Shown: positions 7,880 through 15,521, counted from the first letter of the stretch. The stretch is DNA of 20,000 nt from an uncultured virus (IMG/VR IMGVR_UViG_3300029705_003980) (IMGVR_UViG_3300029705_003980); one strand, 5' to 3'. The notes: generated by a model from the letters alone, not told the origin. Numbers and translations: made by a program.

Positions 7880-9773
7880 TACTGCTTACCTCCTGTAAAT
7901 CAATATCTCTTAATTCTTGTTGTATGTATCTTCGCAGTTCCTCAAAGCTCGTTACATTCATTTTCTTGCCTGTTTCATAAAGATGTCCTTCGATGCGAAG
8001 TTTCCATTCGTGTTCGCTTTGTGTCTCAAGCTCTTCAATGGAATGTTCGTGCAGATAGTATTCCTTACCGAAATTATTTGTCCACGATTCAGGTATAGCC
8101 CTTATACGCTTCCCATAAGGAGTTAAAGGCTGCATCTTTACGCAAGTTGAAAACGGCTCGTCCTCTGCCATTTTTGGCACAAGGTGCGGCTTAAGGAACG
8201 CCTCGGTGTTTGCTGTGTCAAAAATGTAGGCAACTTGAGAACCTTCTACAAGCTCCGTTCCTGTTATACGATACCTAAAGTCATCGTTCCAGCCGAACAA
8301 AGAGTAGATGGTCTTACCGAAAGCTGCCGTTGAAATATTACGAGGAATAAACCTCTGTCCGCTTATCTTTGAACATACAACGCTCTGACGATTATCACTA
8401 TTCGTAGTCCTAACAGCGAATTTTCGTGTGATAGGATTTACAAGCAATTCAATATGATTGTTGTTACCGATTTTGTTAGTACAACTTGCACTTAACGATA
8501 TATGCTTATCTCCAAAATTGATAATAGGCCTATGGAATGTGTCAAACAGCTCCATTCGTGCTACCTCAAAGCCACGAAGGTCAAAATCCCCGGCTTCAAC
8601 CTCAACAGTAACTTCCTCTGCTTTTTCAATGTTGGGGTCATAGTCGGGACCATAAACGCTGTGTGATGCCTTGAGATAATCCGTTTCTTTAAAAGATGCC
8701 CAACGAGGATTTATCACAACAAAGCCTTTTAATATTCCGCTATCAATAACTCGCAGTTCGGGAAGGTATGCCTTATTGCGATACTTTGCATTATCAAGCA
8801 TTCGCTGAACAGCAAGAAAATCATCCCTTGATACAATTGCTTCGTGATGATTTTTATAGATGCTCTGTGGCTTTTGTCCTGTGTTTTTCATTGTTTTTCG
8901 CTCACGATAATTGAGTTTGAACCTTTTCCTTGTTTTAACATAACCACAATGCCGTTCATTTCGGAGTATTTGAACCACGCCTCCGGCTGTCCATTTTATA
9001 TTGCCGAGGTAAGATTTACGCCCCAAAGCAATAAGAACATCTGCAATTTGCTTTGTTGAATATCCGTAAAGGTACATATAAAAAACAAGTTTTACGGTTG
9101 GTGATTCTTCGTGGTTAATGATTAGGTTACCTTCGCTATCGTGTGTATATCCGAGCAACTTTGGAGTAAGCGGGATACCATTGTCAAGCCTCATTCGGAG
9201 AGAGGTTTCCATACTTCTGCTTCTTGTGTGGGACTCTTCCTCTGCCATAGTAGCAATAAATGATAGTGCCATTTGCGAGTCATCATTTAAGGTGAAAATT
9301 GCCTCCGATTCAAAGAATACACCAACGGGAGATTTCAGTTCTGCCAGTTCTCGTACTAACTGAATCGTATCTACAAGGTTACGAGCAAAACGGGAAACAT
9401 TCTTTGTGATAATTAGGTCAATTTTCCCGGCTCGGCAGTCATTCAACATTTTATTGAAATCATCTCTGTAATCTTTAGAAGTTCCGCTTATGCCCTCATC
9501 TGCGTAAATGTGGACGAGTGTCCAATTTTCACGGCTTCTGACAAAATCTTCATAGTATATTTTTTGAAGCTCAAAGGAAGTGGTTTGTCTTTCATCATCT
9601 GTTGACACACGTGCATAGACAGCAACTCTCTGTGGCACATCTGTATCGTAATAATCACGTTGTTTTTGGGCAGGAATGTACTCATAGTTTTCTTCGTCTA
9701 TTTGAACGTGCATTCGCTGCCTTTGCTTTTCTCTTGAATGTTCCTTTGACATTCGCTTATCGTTATCAATCAC
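7872..9773 (-). CDS. Large serine recombinase 3, no Zn ribbon, atypical C-terminal domain
   Basis: GTG start with AAGGAGG RBS. YARVST, DEGISG, KNVSRFARN, LRNERHCG and HEAIVS motifs. No CxxC ribbon after the recombinase domain. Confidence 0.92.
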   Translation of the reverse strand: MIDNDKRMSKEHSREKQRQRMHVQIDEENYEYIPAQKQRDYYDTDVPQRVAVYARVSTDDERQTTSFELQKIYYEDFVRSRENWTLVHIYADEGISGTSKDYRDDFNKMLNDCRAGKIDLIITKNVSRFARNLVDTIQLVRELAELKSPVGVFFESEAIFTLNDDSQMALSFIATMAEEESHTRSRSMETSLRMRLDNGIPLTPKLLGYTHDSEGNLIINHEESPTVKLVFYMYLYGYSTKQIADVLIALGRKSYLGNIKWTAGGVVQILRNERHCGYVKTRKRFKLNYRERKTMKNTGQKPQSIYKNHHEAIVSRDDFLAVQRMLDNAKYRNKAYLPELRVIDSGILKGFVVINPRWASFKETDYLKASHSVYGPDYDPNIEKAEEVTVEVEAGDFDLRGFEVARMELFDTFHRPIINFGDKHISLSASCTNKIGNNNHIELLVNPITRKFAVRTTNSDNRQSVVCSKISGQRFIPRNISTAAFGKTIYSLFGWNDDFRYRITGTELVEGSQVAYIFDTANTEAFLKPHLVPKMAEDEPFSTCVKMQPLTPYGKRIRAIPESWTNNFGKEYYLHEHSIEELETQSEHEWKLRIEGHLYETGKKMNVTSFEELRRYIQQELRDIDLQEVSSNE

Positions 9774-10389
9774 CTAAAAGCCTCCTTTCTTGGAGTAGTT
9801 TAATTGCTTCTTCTTCATCATCCGGGAGAACTTTCCAATTAGGTGAAGGAAGGAACTCTGTATCTCTTAAATCTTCAGTATGATAAGAGGCAAGTGTATA
9901 AATATCTTCTGAAACGATGTATATACCAACAGGAGGTGTCTGTGCCGCAAGTAACCTTGATAACAAAATTAAGTCTTCCTCATATTGTGTTATATTCTTC
10001 TTTTTTTGAGTTATTATGAGGTCAACTTTTCCATTCATTGAATCATCTATAAGTCTTACCAATTCAGGAGAGTATTTCATTTTTGGTGCGGTATTGCCTT
10101 CGTCTATATAAAAGTCCACAAACTTCCACTTTGGGCAAAGGGCAATGGTGTCCAAGAACTGCTTTTTATGATGTGCGAGATAGTTTTCGTGCTTTGTTTG
10201 GTTGAAGTATCTGATATATACGCCTATCTTATACTCCTTTGTTGTACTCGGGCGCTCGTGCCGAATGGTCTGCAGCCAAGCCTTATGCTCTGCAATTTTA
10301 ATAGCCTGTTCCGATGTTTCCCCAAATGTGAGAGCAAACTGCGGTGTAGCTATGGCATTTAATTTATCAAATACTTCAAGTTCGTCCAT
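9766..10389 (-). CDS. Resolvase-fold protein lacking catalytic residues (207 aa)
   Basis: GGAGG RBS before ATG 10389. Recognisable fold motifs (W.FVDFYIDEG, GKVDLIIT), but YIRYF replaces YxRVS and QKKKNIT replaces KSxSRFAR. Confidence 0.8.
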   Translation of the reverse strand: MDELEVFDKLNAIATPQFALTFGETSEQAIKIAEHKAWLQTIRHERPSTTKEYKIGVYIRYFNQTKHENYLAHHKKQFLDTIALCPKWKFVDFYIDEGNTAPKMKYSPELVRLIDDSMNGKVDLIITQKKKNITQYEEDLILLSRLLAAQTPPVGIYIVSEDIYTLASYHTEDLRDTEFLPSPNWKVLPDDEEEAIKLLQERRLLGD

Positions 10390-10426
10390 GTTGTACCTCC
10401 ATAAAAATAGTTTCAGTAACATTTTA

Positions 10427-10440
10427 TATCCAATTGGATA
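10427..10440. promoter_or_regulatory. Perfect 14-bp palindrome TATCCAATTGGATA upstream of the recombinase operon; candidate XRE operator
   Basis: Seen directly. The related site TATCCGATAAGATA at 11002-11015 overlaps the XRE promoter. Confidence 0.55.
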
Positions 10441-10448
10441 AATAAACC

Positions 10449-10484
10449 ATAAACCCACAGTCAGGTGCTTGACTATGGGTTTAT
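10449..10484. repeat. 36-bp dyad site A
   Basis: ATAAACCCACAGTCA-GGTGCT-TGACTATGGGTTTAT has 15-bp arms with one mismatch and is 28/36 identical to 11444-11479. Confidence 0.8.
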
Positions 10485-10512
10485 AAAATCAAAAAATTTA
10501 TTCAAAATATAC

Positions 10513-10554
10513 AAAAAAAGAGTGAGACTAATTCATCTTGAATTCATCTCACTC
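10513..10554 (-). terminator. Rho-independent terminator of the leftward XRE gene
   Basis: Hairpin GAGTGAGA-CT-AATTCA-TCT-TGAATT-CA-TCTCACTC overlaps the stop codon and is followed by T7 on the minus strand. Confidence 0.75.
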
Positions 10555-10912
10555 AATAATCGTTATTTTCCTTTGGGGTATGCAAGGTTGTCTTTACTTG
10601 CTTCACAATCTTTATGATTGATTCTATTTCAGAAGGACTACAATCCGATAGCAGTTCGGAATATTCTTTTTGATACAGCTCGTTCACTTCCGGGGTGTCG
10701 GGACGAAGAATAATATCCGCTGAAACTTGAAGTGCCTCAACAATTCTTACGAAGGTTGTGAGCCACATTTTGCTTTTTCCAAGTTCAATATCACTTAAAT
10801 TGGAAGGTGAAATGTGAGCTTCAAAAGCGAGGTCATTTTGTGTCATCTTCTTGGACAGGCGGATTTCTCTGATTCGCTGACCTATTTCTTTAGTTTTCAG
10901 TTTTTCGTCCAA
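10553..10912 (-). CDS. XRE-family HTH transcriptional regulator (left)
   Basis: IGQRIREIR..KKMTQNDLA...ISPSNLSDIELGK. Likely TTG start at 10912 behind GAGGTG. Confidence 0.9.
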   Translation of the reverse strand: MDEKLKTKEIGQRIREIRLSKKMTQNDLAFEAHISPSNLSDIELGKSKMWLTTFVRIVEALQVSADIILRPDTPEVNELYQKEYSELLSDCSPSEIESIIKIVKQVKTTLHTPKENNDY

Positions 10913-10989
10913 AAATAACACCTCACTTCGTCATTTGACTATATTTATGATACATTTTATCATCACTTGGATATATTGTGAATAGCGAG

Positions 10990-11019
10990 TTGGATAGATA
11001 TTATCCGATAAGATATAAT
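10990..11019 (+). promoter_or_regulatory. Putative sigma-A promoter of the rightward XRE, overlapped by dyads
   Basis: TTGGAT-N18-TATAAT. Overlapped by GGATA-N5-TATCC (10992-11006) and TATC-N6-GATA (11002-11015). Confidence 0.5.
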
Positions 11020-11053
11020 GTTAAGTGAAATATTTTTTAAGGAGGAAAAATAT

Positions 11054-11389
11054 ATGGAACTTAACTACATCATTATCGGAAAGCGAATTAAGGAGGTGAG
11101 AAAAAAGAGAAAATTATCGCAAGAGGCTCTTGCAGAACTTATTGAAAAAAGTCCGCCCTATATCAGTTACATAGAAACTGCAAAAAAGCACTTGAGTTTG
11201 GAAACGCTGATTGATATAGCAAATGCATTACACATTTCCGTTGATTCACTTCTGGCGGCAAATGTCCTGTATAAAACGGAAGTTAGGGATGAGTTCAGCG
11301 AACTTATGAGCGATTGCGAAGAATACGAAAAGCGAATAATTGTTGACACAGTTAAAACTCTAAAACAATCACTTCGTTTGGAACTTTAA
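11054..11389 (+). CDS. XRE-family HTH transcriptional regulator (right)
   Basis: AAGGAGG RBS. IGKRIKEVRKKRKLSQEALAE...SPPYISYIETAK. Confidence 0.92.
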   Translation: MELNYIIIGKRIKEVRKKRKLSQEALAELIEKSPPYISYIETAKKHLSLETLIDIANALHISVDSLLAANVLYKTEVRDEFSELMSDCEEYEKRIIVDTVKTLKQSLRLEL

Positions 11390-11443
11390 CATTCCCGATT
11401 TTCTCATTATTTGCTATTATATTCGATTATAAAACAATTAACC

Positions 11444-11479
11444 ATAAACCCGTTGTTATAGGCTTGACTACGGGTTTAT
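11444..11479. repeat. 36-bp dyad site B
   Basis: ATAAACCCGTTGTTATAGGCTTGACTACGGGTTTAT. Perfect 11-bp arms at 11443-11453 and 11470-11480; direct repeat of site A. Confidence 0.8.
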
Positions 11480-11486
11480 GAAAAAG

Positions 11487-11528
11487 TGCTCAAACTACAT
11501 TTTCGGCAAAAACTACTATATTTTGGTT
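11487..11528 (-). repeat. Right copy of the 42-bp imperfect inverted repeat
   Basis: TGCTCAAACTACATTTTCGGCAAAAACTACTATATTTTGGTT; its reverse complement matches 4756-4797 at 36/42. Confidence 0.85.
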
Positions 11529-11554
11529 GAAAACGAGATTTTTAGCACACTATT

Positions 11555-11563
11555 TGGTATAAT
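11555..11563 (+). promoter_or_regulatory. Extended -10 promoter of the phosphoesterase operon
   Basis: TGGTATAAT (TGn plus consensus -10) just before the GGAGG RBS at 11571. Confidence 0.6.
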
Positions 11564-11582
11564 TATATGCGGAGGTTTTATT

Positions 11583-12290
11583 ATGATTTACTATACTGGA
11601 GATATACACGGCGAACCCTCAAGGGTGATTAAATTTGCCGATAAATTGAACTTAACAAGCAAAGATACGATTGTTATTCTTGGTGATGTCGGTGCAAATT
11701 ACTTTCAGGATTTCCGTGACGAAATAACGAAAAAGAAGTTAAATGACATCGGTGTAACAATTCTTTGTATTCACGGAAATCACGAAGTCCGTCCGGCAAA
11801 TATCCCTTCATACTCATTGATGGTTTGGGAAGGTGGCAAAGTGTGGTATGAGGATAAATATCCAAACCTATTATTTGCTAAAGACGGAGAAATATATACT
11901 CTCAATGGTATGCGTTATCTTGTTGTAGGCGGAGCGTACAGCGTGGACAAACACTACAGACTTGCAATGAACAGAGGCTGGTGGGCAGATGAGCAGCCTT
12001 CGGATGAAATCAAGCATTATGTTGATAGTCAAATTGTGAAAAATGAAATTGATGTTGTTCTTTCTCACACTTGTCCGCTTAAGTTTGAACCGACAGAAGC
12101 ATTCTTGCCGGGAATCGACCAAACAAGTGTGGATAAAAGCACAGAAATATGGCTTGATGAAATTGAAGAAAGGATATCATATAAAGCGTGGCTCTGCGGT
12201 CATTGGCATATTGATAAGAGTATAAATAACTTTCATTTTCTTTTTAATTCTTGGAAAAGTGCTGCAGACATTTTCGTAGAAAGTGAGTGA
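11583..12290 (+). CDS. Calcineurin-like metallophosphoesterase 1
   Basis: GDIHG, LGD, GNHE, SHT and GHWH motifs. GGAGG RBS before ATG 11583. Confidence 0.9.
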   Translation: MIYYTGDIHGEPSRVIKFADKLNLTSKDTIVILGDVGANYFQDFRDEITKKKLNDIGVTILCIHGNHEVRPANIPSYSLMVWEGGKVWYEDKYPNLLFAKDGEIYTLNGMRYLVVGGAYSVDKHYRLAMNRGWWADEQPSDEIKHYVDSQIVKNEIDVVLSHTCPLKFEPTEAFLPGIDQTSVDKSTEIWLDEIEERISYKAWLCGHWHIDKSINNFHFLFNSWKSAADIFVESE

Positions 12291-12726
12291 TATTATGGGA
12301 AAATATAAATTTTTACAGCCAGTCGAGGAAATGGAACACATAAGCCGAGCCGAACTTGGTGAACGCTTTGATGAAATTCTCGAAGCCTGCGAAAAGGATA
12401 ATGTAGGCTTTGTAATTACCGACTGCGGAAAAAATGATGTTGTTTTATGTCCTGCTCGTTGGATTGATTTTAGGTTCGATGATGATTTCGGCTGTATAAT
12501 GAATTGTGCAGTCAGATATGCACTCGGAAGAAACACCTATATGCCCGGTCTTGTATGTGATTTTGTGCGTAAATATATGAGTATTTTTGATGCAAAAACC
12601 ATTGATGTTATCATTCAGGACATTGACAGGGATTTAGAGTTCGGTTTAGACCAAAAAGAACTCTGGATTTCATTAAAGAACGACCTTCTCAAGTTTAAGG
12701 AAACGCGGGGTGATAAGAATGAGTGA
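12283..12726 (+). CDS. Hypothetical protein with a Phd/YefM-like N-terminal domain fused to a phage-type helical domain
   Basis: ISRAELGERFDEILE....VGFVITDCGKNDVVLCP fits the Phd pattern; the C-terminus contains AVRYALGRNTY. Start is 12283 or 12295. Confidence 0.6.
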   Translation: MSDIMGKYKFLQPVEEMEHISRAELGERFDEILEACEKDNVGFVITDCGKNDVVLCPARWIDFRFDDDFGCIMNCAVRYALGRNTYMPGLVCDFVRKYMSIFDAKTIDVIIQDIDRDLEFGLDQKELWISLKNDLLKFKETRGDKNE

Positions 12727-13351
12727 AAAATATTATATCTTTCAATTGGATGACCCTGCTACACCCGGTTTCTGTTCTTTTAACAAATTATATGTTGGCA
12801 CAGAAGCTGATTTGATGCATGTGGCAAATAATCTTGAAAAAGAAAATCACTACCACGAAACAGTTGCGGCATTACGAAGCTACTTTAATGGGAATAGAGA
12901 TGCAACGCACAGAATTGCATATTCTACAATGAAAATACTTACACCGATTGATATTGAATCCGAGCATAAAATTTCATTTGGTGAAAAGAAATGGACACAC
13001 ATTAACATTTGGGGATTCCCATATGAAATGAAGTGTGATTCCGGCATTACACATCAAATCGTTTTCAAACACGATGATAAATACTATCGCTGCATTCGTG
13101 CATGGCTTAAGAATTTATGTTATGAAAGTGTCAATGGCGAATGGCATCAATTAACTGATGGCTTTTGGGGAAATTACTCAATTCTTGATGTATCTTTTAT
13201 GCCTGATAAGAAGAATTTCACATTCAATAATCTTCTGTATGTAATTGAAGAAATTTATGAGGATGAGGTAAAAAAAGCTATTGACGATTTGCTTTTAGAA
13301 GAAAAGATAGAGATGAAAGGCATCTGTGATGAAATTTTCGCAGATGGTTGA
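12719..13351 (+). CDS. Hypothetical protein
   Basis: 210-aa ORF abutting or overlapping its neighbours in the operon; no motif recognised. Confidence 0.75.
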   Translation: MSEKYYIFQLDDPATPGFCSFNKLYVGTEADLMHVANNLEKENHYHETVAALRSYFNGNRDATHRIAYSTMKILTPIDIESEHKISFGEKKWTHINIWGFPYEMKCDSGITHQIVFKHDDKYYRCIRAWLKNLCYESVNGEWHQLTDGFWGNYSILDVSFMPDKKNFTFNNLLYVIEEIYEDEVKKAIDDLLLEEKIEMKGICDEIFADG

Positions 13352-13356
13352 ATGCA

Positions 13357-13542
13357 ATGGTACTTGAAACAATAACATTGGAAATTGAAACAAAACTATA
13401 TGAAGAGGCTAAAGAAGTAATCGAAAAAGAAGGCTACACCATTGAAGAGGCAATTATAATGTTTTTTAAGGCGTGTATTGCTTGTGGTGGGTTTCCTTTT
13501 CCTGTGTCAAAGGAGGAATTGCTCGAAGCTCAAGGAGGATAA
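13357..13542 (+). CDS. RelB/DinJ-like ribbon-helix-helix antitoxin-type protein
   Basis: ITLEIETKLYEEAKEVIEKEGYTIEEAIIMFFKA....GGFPF matches the RelB/DinJ pattern. Confidence 0.7.
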   Translation: MVLETITLEIETKLYEEAKEVIEKEGYTIEEAIIMFFKACIACGGFPFPVSKEELLEAQGG

Positions 13543-13545
13543 CAA

Positions 13546-14271
13546 ATGATATATGTACTTTCCGATATACACGGAAACACGGAGAGGTTTAATTCTATAA
13601 TGGAACAGATAAATCTTCAGCCGGAAGACACTTTATACATACTCGGTGATGTTGTAGACCGATATCCCGATGGAATTAAGCTCTTAAGAAAAATAATGAA
13701 AATGGATAATGTGAAAATGCTTCTTGGAAACCACGAATATATGATGCTGAATGCTCTTGACCCTATCAGCGAAAGAGATGAATGGGAGCAGGAACGCTCG
13801 CTTCGGTTGTGGTATAGGAATGGTGGTTTTGTCACTCATAACTATTTGAAGCATATACGAAAAGATATACGAAGAGAGGTTTTTAACTTCCTACGAAAGC
13901 TCCCTGTAAATATCAAGATTGAGGTTGGGGGCAAAAAATTCTTGCTTGTTCACGGCTCACCTTTAGAGAATTATAGTTGGATATTCCGAGAATATGAAAC
14001 GAAAGAAAAGTTTGCTGTTTGGGAAAGATGGCAGCCCTTTGACCCTGTTCCCGAAGGATACACTTTGGTGTTCGGTCATACACCTACTATCCATTTCCAA
14101 AACAATGACCCATTGGAGATTTTATTTTGTGATAATGCAATAGGAATTGACTGTGGTTCGGGGTTTCCAAAATCACAATTTGAGGGAGAAACTATCGGCA
14201 GACTTGCTTGTTTAAGACTTGATGATATGAAGATTTTCTACTCGAAGGAAGAAGGTGCAAATAATGGCTGA
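13546..14271 (+). CDS. Ser/Thr protein phosphatase-like metallophosphoesterase (PPP/lambda/PrpA type)
   Basis: SDIHG, GDVVDR, GNHE, W..NGG, VHG, FGHTPT and IDCG motifs; AAGGAGG RBS. Confidence 0.9.
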   Translation: MIYVLSDIHGNTERFNSIMEQINLQPEDTLYILGDVVDRYPDGIKLLRKIMKMDNVKMLLGNHEYMMLNALDPISERDEWEQERSLRLWYRNGGFVTHNYLKHIRKDIRREVFNFLRKLPVNIKIEVGGKKFLLVHGSPLENYSWIFREYETKEKFAVWERWQPFDPVPEGYTLVFGHTPTIHFQNNDPLEILFCDNAIGIDCGSGFPKSQFEGETIGRLACLRLDDMKIFYSKEEGANNG

Positions 14272-15520
14272 TAAATTATATGCTCCTCAAATTGACAGAT
14301 TTAGACATCAATTTGGACACTTGGGGTTTAGTTATTCAAATGGTATAACCTATGATGAAGAAACCTATCGTTTATTGAATCTGTTTTTTAAGGAATTACG
14401 CAAAATTTCACCTATCGCAGAGAATGGCTGCCGTGAGATATGGGTTCGTGCCGAGCGAGGTAATATTGATGCATATGGAAATTATGAAGAATGGCTTGAT
14501 TGTGGTGATGTCGAAAATTATGAGGAGTTTGAAAAATCGTGGTTAGCTGACTATCCCAACGAAACAAAGTGGTATCATATTGAGGCGGTTGAAACTGAAA
14601 CCGGGCATCAAGCGGTGGTCATAAATGAAAGATTTGTGTTTGAGGTTGCTCCTGATCAAGAGAAGGGATTCCCTCACGATACAAGTGTTTTTGCAAAATG
14701 GCTTCTTGATTCAATTAAATCTGTAATTATGCAGTTGAAAAGCGGGACATATATGGATTTTGTTAAGCAAAATCTGCCTGTAGAATTAAGGACAGGAACA
14801 ATACGTCAAAGTGATTTGTGGGAGATATACCCGGAAGACCGCACAAGATTTTTTGACGGAATAACAGACGAGGAAATTGAGGAAATATCTGAACTCTTAA
14901 ATAAACAGCCACAAGATGGATATAAGCCGGAAGGTCGCATTGCATCGGTTACAGCGAATGACTTCTTTAATTATTGTGCGATTGGTTATAAGGCTATGTC
15001 TTATAAATGGTATGGGATGACTCCAAAAGAACTCTATTATCGCTATGCAGATGGCAGAGATGAAGGTCTTTCCGAGGTTGACGCTGATTCCCCAGAGGCA
15101 TTTTCAAAATGGTTGAATAACAAAAGTCGTGGCGGAGGGCATCCGTGGGAAGTATGTCGAGGCGGTAATTCCACACATATAGCTCTACAAGTAGGCAATG
15201 ATGAAAAGGGGTATTTCCTTTTTCTCGCAGGCTCGTCATACGGCAGGGCAAATGAAACACTAAAGTTCTTCTTGGCACTTTCCCGTGCAGGTCTGCCTGT
15301 TTATCTCCACGACAGCGATGTTTTCATAAAAAGAATTCAAGGCACAGAAAAAATCGGAGTAATGCCACAAGGGGTTATTCCCAAATACTGTGAAAGTTCC
15401 TTCCCGAATGAAAAAATAATATCCTTTATGAATCTGCCATATGAAAACACAGATGCCGTTGCAAGCAAATGTGTATGGCAGGATATAAGGGAAGTTCATC
15501 TTTTAACAGAGGAGGTGTAA
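14264..15520 (+). CDS. Hypothetical protein (418 aa)
   Basis: Long ORF coupled to the phosphatase gene, with conspicuous ADGRDEGL and GGHPWEVCRGGNSTH motifs. Confidence 0.85.
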   Translation: MADKLYAPQIDRFRHQFGHLGFSYSNGITYDEETYRLLNLFFKELRKISPIAENGCREIWVRAERGNIDAYGNYEEWLDCGDVENYEEFEKSWLADYPNETKWYHIEAVETETGHQAVVINERFVFEVAPDQEKGFPHDTSVFAKWLLDSIKSVIMQLKSGTYMDFVKQNLPVELRTGTIRQSDLWEIYPEDRTRFFDGITDEEIEEISELLNKQPQDGYKPEGRIASVTANDFFNYCAIGYKAMSYKWYGMTPKELYYRYADGRDEGLSEVDADSPEAFSKWLNNKSRGGGHPWEVCRGGNSTHIALQVGNDEKGYFLFLAGSSYGRANETLKFFLALSRAGLPVYLHDSDVFIKRIQGTEKIGVMPQGVIPKYCESSFPNEKIISFMNLPYENTDAVASKCVWQDIREVHLLTEEV

Positions 15521-15521
15521 T

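Noticed and set aside
11444..11479. 36-bp dyads as intrinsic terminators
   Set aside because: Site B is followed by an A run rather than a U tract in the direction of transcription, and the left XRE already has a separate terminator.
4756..11528. Interpreting the 42-bp repeats as terminal inverted repeats of a DDE transposon
   Set aside because: There is no DDE transposase inside and no clear target-site duplication (flanks GAACA vs GAAAA).
11478..11582. N-terminal extension of phosphoesterase 1 given in the ORF track (also the extended starts at 10458, 11018 and 5833)
   Set aside because: Better RBS-supported starts lie downstream, and the extensions run through promoter or repeat DNA or the upstream gene.
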